Positions 53,770-64,000 of a stretch of 64,000 bases of DNA are shown here, piece by piece (positions within the stretch are counted from its first letter, which is position 1; each line of letters starts with the position of its first letter). Origin of the DNA: Eledone cirrhosa (Eukaryota); the NCBI GenBank assembly GCA_964016885.1, contig OZ024753.1, positions 7,254,001 to 7,318,000 of the forward strand, read 5' to 3'. Both the position numbers and the translations under genes were made by a program. The notes beneath the pieces are model-generated. The model was not told the origin of the DNA and searched no databases. It was given only the letters and a program-made list of their open reading frames with translations.

Positions 53770-54410
53770 AGCATTGTTCTGCATTGTAGGACTGCGTGTA
53801 GGACTGATCCGGTTATCGACTGAGTCCATTGTGCAGATGGTCTCGCGGTCTTCCTTCGAGGAGGAAGGGCAGGCGGTTTTCATCTGCCTGGTGGCCATGG
53901 CGAAAGAGATTGTGTGGTGGACAAGGTTAAAAGGATTAAAGACAAACACTTTCCTCTTCGGCGAATCCCTGATTAACTTTTTCAAGTTTCACTTGAAGAG
54001 GAAAATCAGGGTGGAGAGGCAAGTGCTGCTTTCTAGCAAGTTTGTTGAAGGTGGGTGAATGTAGCGAGAATGGTCCGAGTGAAAGGGACCCCTCTGAATA
54101 TACGTCTGTAGTTTGAGAAATGGAAAAAATTGAGAGAGGGCGCTTGCCCTGGTGGTCAGGGTCGCCGTGGTCTTTTGTATGGTTTTCGCCACGAGTAACC
54201 CTCAGAGGTTTCGCCCCTATTGGGGAATTTTTCATTGTTTCATTTTTCAATTTTATTGTTTATATATATATATATATGTTTCTATGTCCTTTTTTTTTTC
54301 TTTTCTTATATAAATAATAAAAATATTTACACGCACAAAACCCACATCGTACCGTCCTGTACCGTCTGTAATGTTTTTCTTGATGTCAGCCCTTGTGGCC
54401 AATAAAGAAA
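53770..54410 (+). mobile_element. L1/Tx1-like 3' end and 3' UTR
   Basis: [19 protein letters not shown]...[14 protein letters not shown], then a T-rich UTR ending AATAAA. A related 3' UTR lies at 52756-53035. Confidence 0.55.
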
Positions 54411-54732
54411 TCATTATTATTATTATTATTGCCCCCGCGTGTCGGCCCTTGTGGGCAATAAATGAAATCATTATTATCTGTTTATATATATATATATATT
54501 TTTTTGTCTTCGCCTATTATTATTGTTAATGATGTTAATAATAATAATGACGAAGCTGAAGAAGCTGATGATGATGCTGATATTGTTATTCCTTGAATCT
54601 CAGTCATTGATGTTGGTTAACTGGAAAGTCCGTTGGATTGAATATCAAGCCACTACCTGCAGCCTCAGATATTCAGGACGTATCGGAGGGTTCTTGCCGT
54701 TCCAAGCAAGCATGCCTTTTGAAGCGTTCCAA

Positions 54733-54786
<54 letters not shown>

Positions 54787-54881
54787 GTTTTGTTTCTGTT
54801 TATATATATATATATTTTTTTTGTCTTCGCCTATTGTTATTATTGTTAATGATGAAGCTGATGAAGCTGATGATGATATTG

Positions 54882-54920
<39 letters not shown>

Positions 54921-54934
54921 TTTGTTTTGTTTTT

Positions 54935-54996
<62 letters not shown>

Positions 54997-55088
54997 ATAT
55001 ATATTTATTTTGCCTTCGCCTATTGTTATTATTGTTAATGATGAAGCTGATGAAGCTGATGATGATGATGATGATGATGATGATATTG

Positions 55089-55136
<48 letters not shown>

Positions 55137-55728
55137 TTTGTTTTGTTTTTGTTTAAATATATATATATATATATATGTATATATGTGTATATATATTTAT
55201 TTTGTCTTCGCCTATTGTTATTATTGTTAATGATGAAGCTGACGATGATGATGGTGATATTGGTGTTGTTGTTGTTGTTATTTCTATACGCGTATTAAGA
55301 AGACATGTTGGGATGGATGTAGGAGAGTTCTAAATGGGCAACTGGGAAGAATTCTTGGCGCCACAGTTAAAGGAATGGCTGCTTAGTGAAGTGTAGGATG
55401 ATTCCGATTATGGATTTATTTTGGCCTTTTAGTCTCAGTGCATGAGTGTGTGTGTGTGTGTGTGTGTGTACGTGTTATGTCTCTGTGTGTATGTGTTTGT
55501 CTGTGTGTGCGTTTGTGTGTGTAGGTTTCAGAGAGAGAGAGAAAAAGAATGAGAGAAAGAGAGACACACACACACAGAGAGATTCATAATGGCTGTTTTT
55601 ATATTTTCTCCAATCATTGTTCGTTATATATATATATATATACACACATCTATAAACATCTATATATATATACACATATATGTTTGTGTATATCTATCTT
55701 TATATATCTCTGTCTGTCCGTCTCTCCC

Positions 55729-55853
<125 letters not shown>

Positions 55854-55914
55854 GCGAGAGAGAGAGAGATGCGTGTGTGTGTATGTGTAACGAAAATATC
55901 AACAAAAGGAGCAC

Positions 55915-56007
<93 letters not shown>

Positions 56008-56327
56008 TATACACATATATATAAATAGTTGTTTGCATTGCTGTCTTAACGACAGAGAGATGGAAGTCTTTCTGCAACGGTACTGCTGTTTGCCTTGCTA
56101 CCCCATTCGATATCTTCTATATTTAGTCTTTCGTCCTTAATGTTGTTGCTGTTATTGCATTGTTTTTCTTGGAGTATCTTTGTTTTGGTTTGCTTCGGAC
56201 ATTTCTCAAATCGATCCCTAGTCTTTCTATAGTTATAGGGAGTGCCGTGATGAATCGATAATCAATAACAAGCCCTCCACCCCACAGCATATCGTACAAC
56301 ACCTTGCAAGCACATATTATATATATT

Positions 56328-56515
56328 GCGGTGGATTGGCAGTATCGGTGGAGGGTCGGACGCCATGCTTTGCAGCAAAGAGTTACGGCCCTTTATGGTC
56401 TGAGTTCAAATACCGACGAGGTTAACTTTGCCTTTTATCCTTACGGGGTCGATAAAATAAAGTACCAGTAATGCACTGGGATAATTGCTGGTCTTGCGCC
56501 AAAAGTAGAAATAAT
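56328..56515 (+). mobile_element. SINE family 1
   Basis: Consensus match. Confidence 0.85.
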
Positions 56516-56531
56516 TATATAGGGTAAACGC

Positions 56532-56582
<51 letters not shown>

Positions 56583-56856
56583 CACACACATATATAGAGA
56601 GAAAGAGAGAGAGTGAGCGACAGAAACAGACATATATATAAAGATAGATACTCACAAACATATATGTGTATATATTTAGATGTTTATAGATATACATATA
56701 AGAATATATGTAAATATATATATATGCAAAAGTTTTATTTAAAATTGTTGGGTTACAACGAGTAAATATTTTATAACTGATATAAAGCACTCAACAAGTT
56801 TTAGAGTAGATATACGATATTAAATAAATGGAAACTATATTTATAAAACCATATTG

Positions 56857-56921
56857 ATTTCATTATACATATTTCAGGGATACCATATTAAAAATATGGC
56901 ATGCCTTCTTCAGATAAAATA
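56857..56921 (-). ncRNA. Type I hammerhead ribozyme (family H1, inverted twin of 57007-57072)
   Basis: Reverse-complement copy with an intact core. Confidence 0.75.
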
Positions 56922-57006
56922 GAATATATAAACCAACTTTTTTAAATGGAAGTTGATCAATATTTTATGGTACGTCAAATTTATTTATAAAACTGCTTAT
57001 ATATTG

Positions 57007-57072
57007 TATTTTATCTGAAGAAGGCATGCCATATTTTTAATATGGTATCCCTGAAATATGTATAATGAAATA
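57007..57072 (+). ncRNA. Type I minimal hammerhead ribozyme (family H1)
   Basis: TATTTTAT-CTGAAGA-AGGCATGCCATATT/AATATGGTATCCCT-GAAA-TATGTA-TA-ATGAAATA. Confidence 0.8.
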
Positions 57073-57109
57073 AATATGGTTTTATAAATATAGTTTCCAT
57101 TTGTTTAAT

Positions 57110-57184
<75 letters not shown>

Positions 57185-57245
57185 TGTGTGTGCGTGGGTG
57201 TGTATGTGTCAACATTACAACTCGTCCTTTTTATTATTATTATAA

Positions 57246-57385
57246 TTATTTCTGAAGATGGCATATATAGGTGAAGATGTATATATATCTCCTCTGATAA
57301 TTTGTAATATTTTTTTTACATAGATCTTTAACATAATATACATTCCAACACACATACACATATCCCAGAAACGTTCGTAAAATGA
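57246..57385 (+). ncRNA. Type I hammerhead-like motif with long stem II
   Basis: TTATTT-CTGAAGA-TGGCATAT...ATATCCCA-GAAA-CGTTCG-TA-AAATGA. Confidence 0.55.
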
Positions 57386-57440
57386 AGATTTTTTCACTAT
57401 ATGGAACCTGTTCTTTGTTTTTATTTCATACTTTTTATTA

Positions 57441-57507
<67 letters not shown>

Positions 57508-57900
57508 AACCAGTAAGACCCCGACGGCTGAGCTAAAGCCGTTTCGACGGCTAATTCTCCGGCAATTAGCTGTCGAAACGGCTTGAGCTCAGCCGTCGGG
57601 GTCTTACTGGTTCCTATTACCCACTCTACTACCCTAAGTATTGAGTACTTTGGTGCGTTATGGTCCACCTGGTTCCTTACCACATTTCCTTCGTTATATA
57701 TATATATATGTATGTATAACAAAGAGGGTGTGGTAAAATACCAGGTGGACCATAACGCACCAGAGTACTCGATACTTGGGGTAGTAGAGGACCCTGACGG
57801 CTGAGCTCCGGCCGTTTGGACAGCTAGATCCTCCTTACTCTCACTGTGGCAAAATTCAAGAAATTTTCTCAACATGGGATTGCAAAAAAGAATTTGATGT

Positions 57901-57968
<68 letters not shown>

Positions 57969-57979
57969 AGAGAAGTAGT

Positions 57980-58560
57980 AATGATTTCTAGTATGGCCAT
58001 AAGGCCAATAATTTTGGAGAGGGAAAAGTCGATTAAATCAAAACCAGTGTATTACTGGTACTTTATTTTACCGACCCCGTAAGGATGAAAGGCAAAGTTA
58101 ACGTTGGCGGTATTTGAAAGCATGATGTCTAACGCTACTGCCAACCCACCGCCCTGGAGTGAAGTAGTAATAATTGTTTCTACATTTTGGCACAAGGCCA
58201 GCAAATAACCCCAGTACATTACTGGTACTTTATTTTTTTCGATGAAAGGCAAAGTTAACCTCGGCGGGATTTGAACTCAGAATGGCAAGGGCCGTAACTC
58301 TATGCTGCAAAGCATGGCGTCCGACCCTCTACCGATACTGCCAAGCCACCACCCTTATGCTGAGAGTAATAATTGTTTCTACTTTAGGCACAAGGCCAGC
58401 AATTACCCAGTGCCTTACTGGTACTTTATTTTATCGACCCCGTAAGGATGAAAGGCAAAGTCAACCTCGGCGGGATTTGAACTCAGATCGTAAAGGGACG
58501 TAACTATGCTGGAAAGCATGGCGTCCGACCCTCTACCGATACTGCCAAGCCACCACCCTT
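57980..58560 (-). mobile_element. Three tandem SINE family 1 copies
   Basis: Consensus match. The last two share a flank (CCCTTATGCTGAGAGTAATAAT). Confidence 0.8.
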
Positions 58561-58889
58561 ATGCTGAGAGTAATAATAATAACTATGTCTCTTAAAGAAT
58601 TCAGAGTGTGAAGAACTGTTGAGCGTATAACCAATCTATGAACACAATCTTCGATTAAGAAAAAAATAAATAAAGGGGAAACAAAGGGAAAGAATTAAAA
58701 AGGGGGATTGTCTGGTTTAAAGAATACTGTCTTTGAGCTTAGACTTCATCTGACATGACTTGGTAATTGAAAAAAGTATATTTAGAGAAAAATACATAAC
58801 GATACAGAATGATACAAGCTAATTAAATGTCTAAAAACACCTGACTGATAAAATGACAAGTAAGTCAATCATATTTGGTGCACCCCCCC

Positions 58890-59280
58890 CCCCCCACACA
58901 GCCCCGGCGGAAAGATTGGAGAAGGCGTTTCCCCAGAGGAGACGGCGAGGGAGATGCGCTGGAAAAGCCATTCCAACTCGCGAGACTCAAACCTGCGGCT
59001 GGCCAGCTCAGCGCCTATGGTGGTGAGTAGGGAGGTAGCCCTAGGGCCGAGAACAACAGAAGTCTCCACTGCAAAAGAGAGAATAAAAGAGAAAAATAAA
59101 GAGGGAAAAGAACGGGAAGGGGATGGACTGGCAAGAGCTCTGGTGTCGCAGAAGAGAGGTGGTGAGGGTAAAGGGGAGAGTGATTGGGCTATGGGCCTAG
59201 GGCAAGAGGGCAGAAGTGCTGCGTACCGCTGACATTACGGCAAAAGCATTCCCCGCGGGTGATAGCCAGTGACACCTACT
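58890..59280 (-). mobile_element. CRE-like non-LTR 3' fragments
   Basis: VETSVVLG...WLFQRISLAV..GNA and a second VSLAITRG.NAF. Both match the typical CRE-clade C-terminal motif. Confidence 0.6.
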
Positions 59281-59689
59281 ACAACAGCCACCCAACTGAG
59301 CTGGGATTGAATTTGCTCTTGTTGCTGATGTGGTTGTTATTGTTGTATGTGTGTACTTTTATATCCATATAGTTTTAGTTAAATACACAGTTTATGCTGA
59401 ACTTTCATCCCAGATGGATTGCCAGAAGACGGTTATTTTGTTTTGAGTGTATGTTTCGTCTATTTCGTTTATTTAAAAAATATTTTAAGATCTATCAGAC
59501 ATTAACTTTGAAGGTAAGAATATATAATCTTTCTTATTTGTCTAAATATATATATAGAGAGAGAAATTGCCTCGAAACCACTAGGTGTATCTGAGGAACT
59601 TGCGAATCCAGAGTCAGGTTCGATCCACAAACAGATCGCACTTCGAGCTGTTCGCCGGAGAAACAATTGTAATACGTAATAAATATATT

Positions 59690-60113
59690 GCTGTAGAGGC
59701 GCCTGTGCTGCTGTACGGGTCTGAGACTTGGACACTGACCAAGAAACTCACTCAGATGGTGGATGGGTGCTACACGAGAATGCTGAGGATGGCTCTGAAC
59801 ATTAATCAGTATACACTGAGGATGAAAAACTCAGAGCTGTATGGGAGCCTCCCAAAAGTCAGCTCAAAAGTGACGCAGAGGAGACTGAGGTTAGCTGGAC
59901 ATGCTCACCGACATCCAGAGTTGACATCGCACTCAGTGCTCCAGTGGGAGCCCCTGCATGGACACACTGGAAGAGGAAGACCAAGGTTAACGTATGTTGA
60001 TGCCCTAAGGACAGACAATGGTCTGTTGGAGACGCAGGACATGGCAGCGATAATGAGGGACAGAGACCACTGGAGAGAACTCGTCCATGGATCTCGGAAA
60101 TTTTACCCGCCCT

Positions 60114-60115
<2 letters not shown>
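59690..60115 (+). mobile_element. RTE-clade LINE 3' fragment (family 1)
   Basis: Near-identical to 42421-42850 in the opposite orientation. Ends CCGCCCTAG followed by (AT)n. Confidence 0.85.
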
Positions 60116-60193
<78 letters not shown>

Positions 60194-61194
60194 GAAAACG
60201 AAGAATCAGTGATGCATCCGAACTCAATTTATTACGTATTACAATTGGTCAATGATAAACATTGGTCAATGATAAACATAGGTCAATGATACAATTTGGT
60301 TGCCAAATAAATTAACTATGCAGATATAAAAGATACAGAAGCGAAAACCAACCCAAACCAAATATATACATATTTATACTCTGTATTATATATATATAAT
60401 ACAGAGTACTCGACCTCCCATGGGTACAAGCTGAAGCATAGAGATAATATGCCCCCACACCCTCCCACTGTAAAGTGGTTTTGGAGGTGACACGGCAAAA
60501 AAGCACCCATCCCACACTGTAAAGTGGACGTGTAGGCGCCACGGAAAAAACCACCACATCACTCAATGTAAATGAGGTTGGTGTTAGGAAGGGCATCCAG
60601 CTGTAGAAATCAAGCCAAAATCAGTTCCTGTATGAGCAAGGCATGGTGAGCCGACCAGACACTTCTCACAACAGGACAACCCGTCTAACCCATGCTAGCA
60701 TGGAAGAACGGACGTAAAATGGTGTTGATGATGATATATATACATATATATATGGTTTGGGTTCGTTTTCGCTTCTGTATGTTTTATAGTTAATATATTT
60801 GGCAATCAATGTTTATCATTGACCAACAGCTAAAAATACAGATATAAATATATATAGTCTATCAAAGTTATTTCGTCACACATCTGCGACGTCATCAGTG
60901 GTACTATTATGTTTCCCACCATTTTTATTTAATTTATTTAATTAATTTTAATAAAAATGGCGTCGACTTTACAATACAGTGGGAGGAAACAAAATAGTAC
61001 CACTGATGATATTGCAGATGTGTGACGAAAGAACTTTGATAGACTATATATATATATTTATATATGTATTTTTAACTGTTTGTCAATCAATGATAAACAT
61101 TGATTGCCAAATAAATTAACTATGGAGATATAAAAAATACAGAAGCGAAAACCAACCCAAACCAAACAAGAGTGTGTTCTGTTATTATCTCTAG

Positions 61195-61195
<1 letters not shown>

Positions 61196-61289
<94 letters not shown>

Positions 61290-61392
61290 TATATATATAA
61301 CTATATATAGTATATATATAAATAAATATATATGCATATATATAAATAAATATATGTGCATATATATAAATAAATATATATGCATATATATA

Positions 61393-61429
<37 letters not shown>

Positions 61430-61522
61430 TATATATAAATAAATATATATGCATATATATATATATATATATATATATAGTATATATATAAATAAATATA
61501 TATGCATATATATATATATATA

Positions 61523-61558
<36 letters not shown>

Positions 61559-61578
61559 TATATATAAATAAATATATA

Positions 61579-61617
<39 letters not shown>

Positions 61618-61731
61618 TATATATAAATAAATATATATGCATATATATATATATATATATATAGTATATATATAAATAAATATATATGCATATATATATA
61701 TATATATAGTATATATATAAATAAATATATA

Positions 61732-61774
<43 letters not shown>

Positions 61775-61794
61775 TATATATAAATAAATATATA

Positions 61795-61826
<32 letters not shown>
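61196..61826. repeat. Compound (TA)n minisatellite
   Basis: Repeats of (TA)nGTATATATATAAATAAATATATATGCA. Confidence 0.9.
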
Positions 61827-61830
<4 letters not shown>

Positions 61831-61859
61831 AAAGAATAGAGGTGTAACGCACAAGTTAT

Positions 61860-62119
61860 TATATATTGGTAAACGGAATAGAAAATGCTGACAAATTGTT
61901 CACAGTTGAAAAATGGTTTAATTAGGAATAAAAGAGTATTAGTGATTGTATGGGTTAGTATTCAGTTGTGGTTTTAAGTTTTTAAGTTTTTACCGGTAAA
62001 AACTTAAAAACTTAAAACCACAACTGAATACTAACCCATACAATCACTAATACTCTTTTATTCCTAATTAAACCATTTTTCAACTGTGAACAATTTGTCA
62101 GCATTTTCTATTCCGTTTA

Positions 62120-62129
<10 letters not shown>
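61860..62129. repeat. Perfect 270-bp spacerless palindrome
   Basis: Centre ACCGGT at 61992-61997. Arms are complementary over 135 bp. Confidence 0.9.
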
Positions 62130-62160
<31 letters not shown>

Positions 62161-62180
62161 TATATATAAATAAATGTATA

Positions 62181-62255
<75 letters not shown>

Positions 62256-62280
62256 TATATATATAAATAAATATATATGC

Positions 62281-62316
<36 letters not shown>

Positions 62317-62404
62317 GTAGGAGGTGAGTTTTATTGTAGTACAATAAAGCAATGCAGATATCGGATAAGAAGCACTCTACAGTTTGTAGGACTGGAGTAT
62401 ACAT

Positions 62405-62741
62405 AATATATAAGATCAAAAGATGGTTAAATGAGTTCCATGTATTTTATTATGCGCATTTCAAAAACAAATATCATCATGCAATAACATTTGTGTTTTC
62501 ATCAGATAAAATAGGAGGACATGATATGAAGGTTAAAAAACACTTGTGGATAGTGCAGTTTTAAATCAACATATGTTGATTTAAAACTGCACTATCCACA
62601 AGTGGTTTTTAACCTTCATATCATGTCCTCCGATTTTATCTCTATGAAAACACAAATGTTATTGCATGATGATATTTGTTTTTGAAATGCGCATAATAAA
62701 ATACATGGAACTCATTTAACAATCTTTTGATCTTATATATA
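62405..62741. repeat. Near-perfect ~335-bp spacerless palindrome containing a hammerhead in each arm
   Basis: Centre CATATG at 62570-62575. The right-arm core is mutated to CTCTATGA. Confidence 0.9.
62443..62513 (-). ncRNA. Type I minimal hammerhead ribozyme (family H1)
   Basis: TATTTTAT-CTGATGA-stem II-GAAA-TGCGCA-TA-ATAAAATA. Perfect 8-bp stem I, palindromic stem III ATGCGCAT and an AUA site. Confidence 0.8.
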
Positions 62742-63711
62742 TATATGTATATATATGTGTGTGTGTATGTAAATGTAACTTTGATGGCAGAAATTTGAAG
62801 TATACAGGCATGTTTTTTAAGCTTCTCATAAAATCTGTAGCAATCTACACAGCCTGATTGACTCCAAAGTCCCCAGCAAGTCACCCACCCACTAGTGATT
62901 AAGAAAACCCCAAAAGAATCTATCTTTTTATATCAACAACACACTACTTTCTATCCACAAATCTGTAAGTACTTAAAAAAAAAATACTTAACTATTTTTA
63001 TTTTGTGTAACTACAAATCTTTCCCTAAAGCAATAAGTTCTGTACTAACACATATTCACTTGATCTGGAAAACATCATATGTAACTACATAATTTATATC
63101 CAAGTGTGTACAAGTACATATTTCTAATACAAACACAAATTTCTCAGTATTGAAACATATATTCCTATACAAATTATACTACATACTTCTCTCTCTCTCT
63201 GAATATTCTCAAAGAATCAGGGAACCTACACACTCACAAACTCACAAGGAGTAAACAATAAATAAAATAAAATATAGTCACACCAGAATGACTATGGTAC
63301 TCAACAAAAATCCAAACAAAACTGGTCTGAGAATGAAATAGATATAATAAACGCATGTAACAGCCTTACCTAAAGGAAGATATAGGTGCTTCATGCCTGA
63401 ATTAAGTTGCTAAGAGGACAGTTCATCTTTTAAAAACTCAATCAGAACAGCAGATTCAAGACAAACTAAAACAAATTGAAGTTACATTTGAATTAATTAA
63501 CAGATATTCTGATAAATCTTCTTTTTTTTTTTGCAGAGCTCAAAACCAGATGTCAATTCTATCCTGGTCACACAAGTTGTAATCTCAAATTGAATAAAAC
63601 ATGCATAGCAAGTACATGAAATCTACAGTCTGGTAAAAGTGTTGGAACACACAAGGGCAGAACTCCCACTGTCATCGCCTCCATCTCTCTTGCCCGCCCC
63701 ATCTCTCTATA

Positions 63712-63832
63712 TAATTGTTTCTACTTTTTGGCACAAGGCCAACAATTACCCCAGCGCATTACTGGTACTTTATTTTATCGCCTCCGTAAGGATGAAAGGC
63801 AAAGTTAACCTCGGCGGGATTTGAACTCAGAA
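63712..63832 (-). mobile_element. SINE family 1, 5'-truncated
   Basis: Consensus match. Confidence 0.8.
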
Positions 63833-63841
63833 TGACAGAAT

Positions 63842-64000
63842 GGAGGCACATGGCTTAGTGGTTAGAGCATTGGGCTTGCAATCGAAAGGTTGTGAGTTCA
63901 ATTCTCAGACCAGGTGATGTGTTGTTTCCTTGAACAAGACACTTTATTTCACATTGCTCCAGTTTACTCAGGTGTAGAAATGAGATGATAGGGACTGGGG
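63842..64000 (+). mobile_element. CORE-type SINE (family 2-related)
   Basis: TGGCTTAGTGGTTAGAGC (A box), GAGTTCAATTC (B box) and CCTTGAACAAGACACTTTATTTCAC. Confidence 0.75.

Noticed and set aside
63370-63465. Possible minus-strand exon (TTTTAG...GGTAAG) and a plus-strand acceptor near 63536
   Set aside because: Stops occur in all three frames and no partner exons were found. It could be a UTR exon but is unsupported without RNA data.
63842-63915. tRNA gene
   Set aside because: The tRNA-like head runs into a CORE-like SINE body and has no proper acceptor stem.

Overview
AT-rich, repeat-dense animal genomic DNA. The SINE, RTE and microsatellite landscape suggests an octopod cephalopod (inference). 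There is one intact gene: a single-ORF 1672-aa receptor guanylyl cyclase (12488-17506, +). Its ectodomain is unusual: three putative Ig-like repeats, a periplasmic-binding-protein (ANF-receptor) domain and three EGF-like repeats. A decayed, also intron-free paralogue lies head-to-head with it (3692-6976, -). The rest is transposon debris (RTE, L1/Tx1, CRE and R4/Dong LINE fragments, two tRNA-SINE families, hAT and Tc1 MITEs, HINE-like elements), minisatellites and microsatellites. The most striking unannotated signal is about 15 type I hammerhead-ribozyme motifs from several families. Most sit in short, often palindromic elements next to (TA)n tracts, resembling Penelope-type termini. One family has a CAGAAGA core variant, and another lacks the CUGANGA strand, apparently replaced by a fold-back copy. 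All calls were made by eye and TE boundaries are approximate.
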